Shown: piece after piece, positions 37,282 to 49,800 of the stretch
Numbering within the stretch: the first letter of the stretch is position 1
Layout of the letters: the number at the start of each line of letters is the position of its first letter
NCBI RefSeq assembly: GCF_964355755.1
Contig: NC_092670.1
Span: 15,610,795 to 15,674,794 of the forward strand
Direction: 5' to 3'
Origin: Antedon mediterranea
Taxonomy: Eukaryota > Animalia > Echinodermata
Length of the DNA stretch: 64,000 nucleotides
Notes under the pieces: model-generated
Seen by the model: the letters and a program-made list of their open reading frames with translations, nothing else
The model's database searches: none
What the model was told of the DNA's origin: nothing
Made by a program: the position numbers and the translations under genes

Positions 37282-40200
37282 TTAATGTTGCATATCTACT
37301 GGTAAGCTCTGTTTTTGTGGACTGGCTGTTGCCTTCTGGGAAACATCCATTTTGTTGCTATGAGACAATATTAAGTGAAGTAATCTGAAAAATAAAATAA
37401 TTGTTACTGAAGTTATTGAAGAAATAAAAGCATGATTTTATTTGCTTTTATCAAAAAAATAAATAAAGTTGAAGAACTTTAAAAAACCCTTACTTGTTAT
37501 TGGGTAATCCTTTACATATATCCACCATATTCCCTGAAAATAATAATATATTTGAGTCATTAAAACAAAACATTGAGGACAATCAAAATTAGTTCAGCGA
37601 TCGGGTGGTGAAAATAAATATAAATCATTTGAGTCTATCCTCAGTCAGGGGAAAAATGGGAAAATACTTTCTAGGAGATAATCTATATTGTTTTGACAAC
37701 TATTGTAACATGACCATAGTGCTGATTTTGACATTATCCCTCTAACTATCTTTTGGGTTTTTTGGAGCTATAACTAAAAAAACATGTATTGGTTCGAGAG
37801 ATAAACCTTAGAATAATAAATAAATACCTCTTGAACAGTGGGTTGTTCCAGTTGCCAGAGCAACCTGTACTACTTGACTGAACCTATCCAATGAAGTCTG
37901 CACTTCTTCTGCTTGTGGCATAATGCTGCCCTCTATAATAACCCTGTTAAACGACTCAACAATTCTTCTCAGATTTTCCGCTGTCAGTAAGCTCATCAGA
38001 ACATCCAAGAGTTCTTTTGGCACACGATGTTGTGGCTGGCCCTTCTTCAACAACTGAGCTTGCAAAAGAGTTTGTAGAATACCAAACAACAGTCTTGAAT
38101 ATATTTGTGTTTCATCTTCAGATTCAGAACCTTTGCTTTTAAGTCTTTGTAAAGGGCCAACAACGCAGCAGTTGACAAGTCCTGGTAACGCAGAAAGGTG
38201 CATGAACGTAGGTTTGGTCATGTAACCTCCGCGGTCACGAAACGAAGGAACACGTGGCAGAGGCGACTGGATTGATACAATGCAAATTGAATAATCTTGA
38301 TTCAACCATTTTGTGAATAATTCAAGTAAATTGGCAGGTAATGCAGCTACAGTTGATCGAGGACCTAAAATGAAAAAAAAGAAATATTTCAATCATAGTG
38401 AATGGCTTTCACTCTCTCCGGTTTACTTCAATAATTATGATTGCATTTGGATTCCTTGTTGATAAATGTGTGCATTGAGTGTTCATGTTTTGATGTTTAT
38501 AAAAGAAGAAAATGAATACTTACAGGCCTAGTACAAAATATTTGCTTCTACTATCCAATATTTTTAACAATTTTCTCTTATTACATATTATATATTAACA
38601 AAAAATACATAATTGTTCTGAAAAAGGAACCAAGAAAACAATACTAAGAAGTTGTAAAACGACTATTCTAAACATTAATTACCTTGGGTTTCATAAAAGA
38701 GTTTGATGGCAGACGTCATAAATTGACATGAGAACTGACGACATACAAGAGTTGTGTCTTCTAAAGAACTCAATGATTCTGGCACAAGAACACAGAAGTC
38801 TTTTACCAAGGACGAAACTAATGTTAGGCTGTTGGTTGAACAGTCCTATAAAAATGAGAAAAAAGAAAGTAATTTAAACCAATTACACTATGTAATACAA
38901 TAGTTGGTGTTAGAATATGTATGTGTACTGTATAGTAATTGTTTGTAACTACTGTTGAGTAGGTTTGCATCAGAGTCAGTGGCATAACGGCCATGAGGGC
39001 TCACTGGCTAAACCCAGGGGCCCGGGAGCTTATGGGGGCCCCTGAGCAGTGCCCAGAGAAAAAACAGGCAATAAATATGTCGAAAATATTTTTTTAAATG
39101 TTCGAGTCATCCAGCGTTGGCGTGTTCCTAAACCAGGGGCCTGAGTGCTCTGTGTTATGCCACTGATCAGGGTGTTGAGTAATTGGTATTCTCCATTTAC
39201 TTTGTATGAAATACAGAATTATGTCAGAGTAGGGCAAACATCTGACCAATATGTGAATAATGTCATTCAAGTATTGTCATTCATGAATTTGTACACAATG
39301 TTGTTATATCAATGCTCACTTGGTTACAGAGCCAGATAGCAGTGTTGTTAAGCACTGACACACACTTCACAGAGATTGCCATTGAGACGAGCTGGCAGAG
39401 CATCCTGAACCGATGGGCCTCACATATGACGTCTCGACTGCAGCCAAACAGTGCATCAAACACTGAATACATTATAGGGGCACTCTTCCCTGTGCTAAAA
39501 AACTGGCACAGCAGCTCTATGATCTGTAGACTATCCAACGATGTTAATTTCTGTAACAAATAATAGAGAACATTAATAAAAATAAAACAACTACACTCAT
39601 TTGTAAATCATTTACAGTGTATACTGTGTTAAGCTCTTGATGTCATATCACTACTATATTTGGGCATATCACTACTATATTTGGGCATATCACTACCATA
39701 TTTGGGCACATCACACTAGTTTGATAGTGTAGACAGAGCTTTTTCTGTTGAGTACTTGATTCATTCATTCATAATTCTTTAATTAGCCTTTAAAATCGAA
39801 ATACATTTAAACATAGGTAACAAAAACAAGACAGGCAGCTGAAATCTGAGGCAAGGATAAGCAAAGAAGAAAGATCAAGTAGTATATTATATTAGGAAAG
39901 AAGAGAATAAAAGAAACTGTATGAACTTTTTGTTAATGGCATTGTGAATGTATGTGCTGAAATGTGAGAATAGATAATTAATGTAAAAATGGGTTACCTT
40001 TGGTACAAAACCATCGAGTGGCTGATAGAAGACAAACAAATCAAGCAGCTGGCTTACAATATCTCTATTTGGAAATTTTCCTGGTGGAAAATTCTGGCAC
40101 TGAATGAAATATTCAGCCATCCAGTCGAGAAGAGATCTTGTTGCTAAAGGGAATTCTTTTTGGTGAAGTGCTCGGCAAATCTCTGGCAAACGTGTTGGAA

Positions 40201-40603
40201 GATCTGAATACCAAAGAAATACAGGGCCTATAAAAAAACAAAAACACAAATATGAATTAGTTAAAACACAAATATGAATTAGGCCTAGGCCTAGTGATGA
40301 CATAAAAAAGTACATTACTCAGTACGTTATTCAATTGTTAATGTTATGACCAGTGAGGCTTTGGGCCTGCAGTAAGCCAACCAAGAACCCACCACACACA
40401 CCACCACAGATAGCACATTCATGCTATTTCCCTTGCTGCTTCTTTCTTATAACTAGGCTAGGCCTAGGCCTAGCTAGGTAGAGGCCTACTTTATCAGTAC
40501 TCTAGGTCTGGCTATGTTTTGTCTACCCTGCGCGCATGAATATGATTATATTACAATATCAGCATTACTTACTGTTTCCTCCTTGATCCATATATGATGC
40601 CAT
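37282..40603 (-). CDS. INTS15: Integrator complex subunit 15 (C7orf26 homolog)
   Basis: Exons 40573-40603, 39998-40227, 39320-39550, 38683-38845, 37828-38364, 37494-37533 and 37282-37384 join in frame. Motifs KLTSLDSLQIIELLC, LVSMAISVKCVSVL..AIWL, LVKDFCVLVP, SLDRFSQVVQVALATG, LPNNKLL. Confidence 0.9.
38977..39165. mobile_element. hAT-type MITE
   Basis: TIR cagtggcataac / gttatgccactg with an 8-bp target duplication atcagagt / atcagggt. Confidence 0.85.
39632..39740. mobile_element. MITE family A copy (internally deleted)
   Basis: Right TIR agtttgatagtgtagacagagct plus a triplicated internal 20-bp unit. Confidence 0.75.
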
Positions 40604-41561
40604 TATTTATTTATTTGACATTTAAATCTAGGCCTAGCAAAACACAATCCGCCATTTATCGACGATGGATGGAACACTTATTAGACGTTGAGGGGGTGCC
40701 ATCATTTATTTTTTCTCTACAGCTCACTATGTCGGTCGGTTGGTCTGTTGGTAAGCACTAACGCACTAACTCAAATTGGCGCACCACGGGACTGCAGCCA
40801 TGTATATGGCCTTGTTTGCCTATTACTTATCAGTTTACTGACAAGTAGGTAAAAATTGGAAAGATTTTCTTTCATCCTAAACTAAACCGCCCGTATAACA
40901 TTTTGAATCAGCGTCCTAAAATGGATAAAACAATGGTCCGACAAATCTTAATTTCCTCCTGGTCACGCTACTCAAAAAATGTAATACTAATGTTGCAAAG
41001 TTTGGCGTTTACGTTTAGACCACTATTTTATTCCCAACTCACATTCTTTTTTAGAAACGTTATATTGTGGCCGGACGTTACTAACTGTTCACGTTTGAAA
41101 CGTTGAAAGAAGACGTTTTTAATTTTTTTTTAAAGTAAATAACGTTAAATATATTACGTTACCAAAACGTCAGAGGGTTAGGGTTAACCAGAAATAGAAA
41201 AGCTACTATGGCCCATGGGGGAAATAAAATAGAGTAGATGAAACACGATATTACACATATTGATATGATTTGTTGAATGTTTTATGAGCTCGTTATGTAA
41301 ATCTTTTGGGGACGATCTTTTGACCCTGACATTTCTCACCCTAGCAACGTTGACGGTTCACTAAGTACGACACATATCGACGTGTAACTAAATCAACATT
41401 CATTGATACACTACACAATAGAAGGGATTACAATTTGAAAGATGTTTCTGAGTTTACATTGTCTTGTTTTCTACCTATAAAACAAATCAAGGTCATCAGC
41501 GTATCTTTGTCTTCGTAGTCTAAAAGTTAATATGGAAGTATTGAAGGAAAATTATTAAGGA

Positions 41562-43601
41562 ATGGAATCATCAAGTCGGACGTTACCACCATTATCAAGA
41601 AATGTATCGACGTCACATAATAGAGAGTTAACTCAAACCGGTATGGTGCGTCGTTCGGTAACGGTTACCATACCAGGTATCTTGCAGCAACAACATAGAA
41701 GTGTCCGGCAGGTTTCACAAATCCATATGATCAATAAATCGATTCCACCACAAACTCCGGATGTAGAGAATACGTCGGCGTTTATCACAAGTCGTTGTAC
41801 TCCTCGGTCACTTTCACCGATACATCTTCGGTGTCAAACGGTTCCTTCTTCTACAAACTTCTCAAGTTTTGGTTCTCAGAGTCAAAGAATTAGAGCGATG
41901 AGACGACGTACTGCAAGACCAAATGTCGTGGATGTCAGTGGCAATGTGGTACTAGAGCAGAAGGAGTATCTCCATCTCAGAGGAGTTAAAGGATTCTTTC
42001 CACCTGTGAAGTTGAGATGCAAGTCCTCACCAGCAAGTTTGGTAAGTTGAAGTTAAGCTCTTCTACCAAACTTGTTTGACAAAAAGTGTGATGTGCCCAA
42101 ATATAATAATGATATAATATGCCGAAATATGGTAGTGATATGACACCATTATGTCCATATAATAGACCTATTATAGGCACATTTGTGTTGTCACATAACG
42201 TTTGATAGAGTTAGACAGAGCCTTAGACAATTAATAATATATGAGAAAAATGGAACTTGTTTGTTGTCAGCCCTCCTCCGATCCTGTGTATGTATTATAA
42301 TATATATATTTTTTTTGTATTTTGGAGATATCAAAGCTCCTGCGCATACAGTTAAGGATTCTCCTCTTGGTATCTAGAGAAAAGAATATGTTAATTGAGT
42401 CCAATATCGTTTTTCTTTTGTCATTTTTATGTATTTTTGAGGAAATAAATTATTATTTTAAATATTTTTAAAAAAATAATTTTTGTCTGAATCGTCACAG
42501 CAATTAAATACATTCTTGTAATATATAACTGTAATGTATAGGTCTATTAGTTGAGAAATAAAACATTGTCCATTACGAGGCGACGAATGTACTGTATTTC
42601 ACTTACTTCCATAAAAATATGATATTGTCTATTCTTTACCACACAAACCTTCATCTGAATAAATACGGTAATAAAGGATGAAGTTCACCATGAATAGATA
42701 TGTTTAAATTGGTACCGTAGGCGTCGCGAATATAAAGTACACGCTGCAGTGTAAATTTGTACAATGATTATTACATTACAAGTACACTTGTAAACTATCT
42801 TTTATCAGTTGTAATTAATGTGTAGGCTTTTGACTTTTTTATCCGTACAGTTTTAAAATGAAACGCAGGCCGATATGAAGAAAAACATATTTTTCACTTA
42901 TTTATTTATTTATTTCAGGGCACCACTTTACCCGCGTCAACACCAAAAGATGCGTCTCCTTCAACACCAGCAATTCAGGACACCATGTGTCCGCAGTGTC
43001 GCGAGCCCCTCACCTACCACCACCACCACCACCACCCAGGGGGTGATCGATGCAGGTACAGTAGGCCTACTGACTCAACTCATGATAGGAACATACCAGC
43101 AGCGGATTCCTCAGCTGGTGGACTGACATCAAGACAGTATAATGAACAAAGTAAGCCGGGTTGGGTTGCAGTACAGAAATAAATTATTCAATTTCATCAA
43201 CCAAATATCCATTTTGTATTAAATTCCAGATAGAGCTACGTTCAGACTGAGCATGAATTCCGGGTCTGGTGGCCGGTGAAAAATCGTGGGAAATTGATGT
43301 AGTGTTAAAGGATAGAAACGGGTTCAGTGTGAACGAAGCTTAATCCCGGTCAAATTATTTCATTATAAAAATTGTTTATTTTTTAGAAACTGTTCAACAG
43401 GAACATGAAGATTTGTCAGTAACAGTTACAAACCAACTTCGTCAGCGGGATGTTCCCTGGGTGAAGGCTTTTAAGGTAAAACGGAGTCGTCAGACCAAGA
43501 TGAATGAACTAATGCGCTCTCCAAGCACCCATGATATGTACCATAAATGGCGCCTGGCACCAAGCAACGACCCAACATCATCCATGGGGATGGACGGATA
43601 G
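41562..43601 (+). CDS. Uncharacterised 308-aa Ser/Thr/Arg/Pro-rich protein with a CPQC-x6-HHHHHH-x5-C motif
   Basis: Exons 41562-42041, 42919-43150 and 43387-43601 have strong donors (gtaagt, gtaagc) and acceptors (tttcag, ttttag) and join in frame (927 nt). No family recognised. Confidence 0.7.
42056..42222. mobile_element. MITE family A copy
   Basis: Degenerate TIRs with TTA on both flanks. Confidence 0.7.
43234..43340. mobile_element. Small Harbinger-like MITE
   Basis: agctacgttcagactgagc / gttcagtgtgaacgaagct inverted ends. Confidence 0.55.
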
Positions 43602-44143
43602 ACAGCACATGACTCGATGGTGTACGGATAGTTGTAGGTGTGTCAGACGAAACGTCGAACGCCTACGTAAACATCGTCACAATTTCAATATCATTCCTTC
43701 AGCAAAAAACTTTGAATATATAGTGTACTGTGTACATGATTAATTATTACAGTAACAAATTCAAATGTCGATCTACAAATGTATGATTAAATGTTTTTGT
43801 TTTAAATGTTAAATTAATGTTTTTTTGTAAAGTAAGTTAATATTGTAAGTTACAAGAATGAAAGTAACAAAACCTCAAACACCGTAGTACCTTCGAATTT
43901 TTATTTAGTTTATTTTACGTGCAATATTTACATAATTTGTCTAATAATAATTATTACTGTAATTCAAATAAATCACAAGTAAATATTTGAATGTCATATT
44001 GGAATTATTATTGATACACAGGCCCTATTTATAGTTACAGTATGATACAAAATGTACAATGAAAAGACATACAATATAGACAATTGTTTCCACTCATCCA
44101 CGCATTTGTAAGCCACGCCCTTTTTACGTGAATGACGCTAAAA

Positions 44144-44320
44144 GGCTAATTTACATAGACGAACGGTAACGGTAAGCGAAAAATACAATCTATGTTATTT
44201 ATTACGACGGTTTTCACAAAACGGATGAGCGGAATCCGGTGCAGGATAGATACAGATTCTACGTGGGACAAGCTACGCGTTTTTCTGCGTAGCATTACCG
44301 CTCGTCTGTGTAAATTTGCC
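44144..44320. mobile_element. Harbinger-like MITE
   Basis: ggctaatttacatagacgaacggtaa / ttaccgctcgtctgtgtaaatttgcc inverted ends. Confidence 0.7.
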
Positions 44321-46049
44321 TGAATGCAGTGATGTATTACGTAGCATATCTGAAATGATTTCCTATATACAAATTACAATATGATGTGACTGAGCTAAAA
44401 AAAAAAAGAGTAAACATATGAATATGCAACATATAAGGATAAAATACAAACATAAATTAGTATAAAAAATGTTGGTATATAAATTGAATGCGTTTACCCT
44501 AATTTATAATTGTTCATACATATTTAAAAGCAAACAAAACTACGACAAAATAAGTCAAATAATCTATAAAAAAATATTCGTGCTCCAGTATAACCATTTA
44601 CCATCATCCTGCGACTGAACCGTACCAACACAGTCACTATAATTAAACACATATAAGGCAATTGTATGATGAAAAAAATTGATTTATATAATAGTAAACG
44701 CATCAACGGGTTTACAAACCGCATGCTTATTATATTGTGGATACACATATAGATTGAGACAAATATAACATTAATGTTTCAAGGTGATCACACAATGTTC
44801 AATTCATGTTTGAATACTTGAAAATAATTATGCAATTCTTTGTTACATTTTTATTTTTCAAAATTAAAAGAAAAAAAATGTTAGAAAAAAACAAATTGAA
44901 TAACTATTTGTTTAAAATTAATATAGTATATTATTGCAATAAGTAAATTCATAAAAAAAATAATAGAAAAAAAATATGGTAGTTGATAGTAGTAACAGCT
45001 ATCGTTTGAGTTGCGTCAAATTGGTGCCAGGCCAGTGTGGGTCTAGTTCAACACATAATTAAATCATGGCTAAAAAAATGAATTAATATGCGCAGGTGAT
45101 ATTAAGACAATTGACATAACCGCTGTGGACATTTAATTTAGATACCCCTTTCGTTGGCTTGTTTAAAGGTATTCGCGACAAACACTCCATATCTTAATCT
45201 TGCTCGGATTTGAGGATCAACTTCACCGTGTCAAGTTGTTTTAAGCTTATTTTTATTCTGGGCTAGATACCTCTCCTGTGGGTTGGACTATGAGCTAGGG
45301 ACAAACACACCTACAGCTATTTCAAGTTCATAGATATTTAACGAATAAAGTTTTTTTTTGACATTCAACTTCTGAAATCATACATATGGTTATTGTTCAT
45401 AGTGGATACTTTTATTGAGTGTAGAGAAGAAGCCCATCATCTTCGGAAATTATAACACACTGGAGAAAGCAAATAATTTACGATGCGTTGGTAGTTTTAA
45501 ACACAGCAGGACGCTACTGTAAAGAGAATGTAAATCTTTTCTTTCGACACATTACCAATGTTTACTCGAGACACGTTGATAAGTAACAACTATATCCTAC
45601 GGCACACTATAGTACTGTACAGTCTGGTGTTTTTTACTTGACTGCAAGTACCTGTACTCGTACTTTAAATTTTCCCACCTGGTCTGATATTGAGAAACTC
45701 CTATATCTTAGCGTTATTGTTGGTTTGGTTATTACTGGTTACAACTAAACACGCACTGTTGTTGAAGCCGAGAAAAGAAATCAGGAACCTAATTCTACTT
45801 AGTTGTGTGGGGACAGGACGATAACTGACCACAAGTCTTGGTTGCGTGGTTTTAGCTTAGCAACAGCCTTATTATTGGAGTATTATATTCTATACGTACC
45901 AATGTCTCCAAACCTCTCTGGTTGCGATGTTGTTGGCTTAGCTAATATCTAGTGACTTCCTCTGTGCTTATTCCCTATTTTCTAATTCCATGTTTTGTCT
46001 TACATATTTCGCTCCTCTGGTTATTAATCTTGTACTGTTTCCGGTTTCT

Positions 46050-46260
46050 TGACACCTTAACCGTCTCGGTTTGATGTGCTATCGGTTTAAGGTTGTTGAT
46101 CTTTCATGGTTTTGGTTTACCTCAACCGTCTCGGTTTGATGTGCTATTGGTTGGTTGCTGATCTTGCATGGTTTTAGTTTTCCTAACACCTCAACCGTCT
46201 CGGTTTGATGCGCTATTGGTTGGTTGCTGATCTTGCATGGTTTTAGTTTTCTTGACACCA
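46050..46260. repeat. ~70-bp tandem repeat x3
   Basis: cct.aaccgtctcggtttgatg.gctat.ggtt..ttg.tgatctt.catggtttt repeated three times. Confidence 0.85.
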
Positions 46261-46871
46261 TAATCATCTCAGGTTTAAGATTGGTCTTTGAGGTTCTGGT
46301 TGACTCAACAACTTGATCCCTTCATTTATTTTATGCTGTCCGTCTTATTTATGCTTCTGCTTGCCTCAAGACAACTAACATTCTCTTGACCAATTTGTTA
46401 TGTTTCAAACTGTTGGTTTTGCATGGTTTAAAAGTTTTCTATTGCTAGACAATACCAATTTGTAAAAAATGTTTAATTGTGAAATAAATTTTATTATCAA
46501 ACAGTTTTTCAATAAAGGTGCAACTTTCACACAATTAATCCGGAGTATTAAAAATATCAAATCTAAAGTCCATATTCTAGTGCTTGCTAGAAATGCATCT
46601 TGATGCAGCAATCGGCCATAGGATGATACACATCTTCTCACAGAGGAAACACACTTTTGAATTTTTCTTTTCAACTACTACTAACCATTCTATTAAATTG
46701 TGCAGCTCGCTTTACTTTTCAAAATCTTGCAAATTCCAGATTTCCGTAAAACTATAAATCTTCAAACCTGACGACGACTAATTTGAATTTTGCCCAAACA
46801 TTATTATTTGCTTTCATAAAACAGGCAGCAGGGGGCAGCAGCTTTGAGATGAATTGCATAATACTCATCAT

Positions 46872-49800
46872 TTACTTAGGTGGGACTGGGGCTGCTTGTA
46901 AAACAGACATACTCTGTTTACAGTCTATAGAACTCTGGTCTGGGGTCATGGTGACACTCAACTCGGTGAGAAACGCAACACATGCTGCCGTATCCTCAAA
47001 CGCCAATTCTTTCTCAACAAACGACACAGGTAGGTGTGGACGATAACTACCAATTTTCAAATTTAACAAAAAGAGAAAAATGAAAATATGTTAATTTTTT
47101 GGAAATAATAGCAATTATTATTTTTAACTATTCCTAACATGATAAAGAAAATGTAAATATTATTTATACCTACCAGAACTTACCTTAATTATGCTGAAAA
47201 AAGAAATTAGAAAAGCAAAAAGGCACAAAACTTGTAATAGTTTTACTACAGTTGCTGCAGTAAATCCATCTTTATAAATACTACTGTATACATTACATTT
47301 GTTGAATGTATATTACAGTAGTTTTTTCAGTAAACAACTGATGATAGATAATTATAAACTGCTTCAAATTCAACATAATCAAGTATACAAACCATAGTTT
47401 AACATCAAGTTTTAAATTCTCATAAATTACCTAATACTTACCCATTAATTACCTAATACTTACCCATTAATTATACTTAATGTACAGTGTTACAGTTTTA
47501 TCAACTCTAGTTTCTAGTCAAATTAGTTTATTTTAATAATTAAACAGACTTATGTGTAGTTAATTAAAGCTAAAATACTCACTTGTATTTAAAACTGAAA
47601 AAAATATTAGCTTGTTAGTAAAATGGTTATTAACCAACGATGATGACATCACAAAACCAGTTATCAGAATGTATGTACTAACTACACTAATATCATCAAT
47701 CAATATTTGAATGCACTGCTGCTGATTTCATTATTTTAGTGGTTTTTCCCAACAATACAAATATATAAAAATGAAATAGTAGTTTCTGAAACTCCATTAT
47801 TAAAGGTTATTTTTTTTAGTGAATTTTGTCCATTCCCATGGTATATTTTGGATGGATAATCTATATCACGTCCATAAACCAAGCTACATTTGAGGCATAG
47901 GCAGTAGAAACAGTCGCGAGTTACAACCCTGACACTAGATCAGGATTAAACTCTGGACCTGGGATCTGAAGGCAAGCATGTTAACATCCAAGCTACATCT
48001 TCAATTTACATGCCTTCGTAATTTTACCGTTTATCGCAAATAGCTTGATTTCATGAGGAACATCATTGAACAGTGCATAATAAGAAGGGTTTGAGAGCAA
48101 ACATCACGACGTGCATACAACAAATCACGTTTGTACGTGTCATGATGTTTGCTCCCAAACCCTTCTCATCATGTGTCGCGCACGTTATTTGCGATAAACC
48201 TTATTATCCAACAAAATATCAAATTACTTATTTCTTTCAATATGTAAACATTTCCCACTGTTTTACACTATTCCATTCTAATGCAATATGATATATTTTA
48301 ATTGTGTAATGTATAAAAAAAATAGTACATACGATTTTATTATTGATTGAACTGCCACCTTGCGTTCCCTGTCAATAAATAGATCCATCATATATGGGGT
48401 CATTCTAGGTGCTTGTTTGTATAAAAGAAATAGTCTATGGTAATTACAATATGCCCACGCCCTGTTTACAGCCAAGGCATGTTTAATAATTTCATCTGCT
48501 TTCTGTGCTTTTGTTAATGAACCTAAAAGATTTGCCATTTCTGGTAGAACTACTAAGGAAAAATAACCTAAAACAACAAAATTCAAAAATAAAAGCATTA
48601 CAAATTACAACAGCAGCAATGACCAACAACTACAAGTTGTTTGAAGGTTTGCATGGTGAAATCAAATGTTGATATAAAGTTTGCGGTACACCAGAGGACG
48701 ATCAAAGCATATTGGTCAAACTTTATATCAACAATAATAATAAGCCAAAAGAACAATATAATTAGTACTACTATAAAAAGGATACCAAGTGTGTTCTTGG
48801 TGACTACTTGATAGAGTATCCTATATGCTGTAAACTCTGTAGTATTGGGTCCTGGATGGTCCAAATACAGCGCCTTCAACTGCGTCTGACATTGATTAAA
48901 CTCCTCACGATCTCCCTACAAGAAAATACAAAGAATGTTGAGATTATATAGGAAAATATACCAAAACGGACACCTATGGGCCTGATTCTGTACGTTAGAA
49001 GCAGAATGAGAAGGAAATTCAAGGCTGAAAGACAAAACTATCTTACCTTTTCTAAAGCTATCCTTGCATGGGTCTCATAAACTTCAACAGCGAATTTATT
49101 CCTAACACACTGGATCTAAAAGAACCAACAAAATTTCTTGTTAATAAATACATCACCTAGAGCCTGTTTTAATTTTTCCTCGTCCGAACCATCATGATTT
49201 AGCTCTCAAGGGTATTCCACAGTTACAAATGTAACTGATTTTATGTCTGAACACAGCCTTAATCTAGACATGAGGTGTACTGTAAACTGTTTATAAAAAC
49301 ATTGTTACAACTTACTGTAAGATCTTGCCTAATTGATTTTAGTTGTTCACACACAAAGTTGTAGTCTGCATTCTTCTGCCATCTCTGTTTCACCATCTGT
49401 AAAGACTTCTGCAGAACTGCTACTGGCCTTACTGTTGATGGGTGTGGTGCCTGAAAGAAATTTACAGATGATTGGAATATTCTTAGCGACACAGTATAAG
49501 TTAACATAACAATGTCATAGGTCAGGCTTTGTTATCTACCTGGGTAATTTGGTTTCATGTGGACAGTTATCGCTCAATTTAGAAGGTAGAAACCAACGTC
49601 AACAAGTACAAAATATGCCTGAAAGTGCCCTAATACATTTCAAAATAATTATAATAATAAACTGAGGTATGTGGTGCCTAACTGGCTTATACAATTGCAG
49701 CAATTTAAAGTCATTGTAATAAAGTATTAATTGAAAATAGGAAGGCATCAAAGAGAGTGTTTGTTAAAAAGTACTTACGGATGTTAGACGTAAATACTGC

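Noticed and set aside
44990-45900. GC-richer intergenic block that might be an LTR or retroelement UTR
   Set aside because: No paired LTR, primer-binding site, target duplication or coding remnant that I could support.
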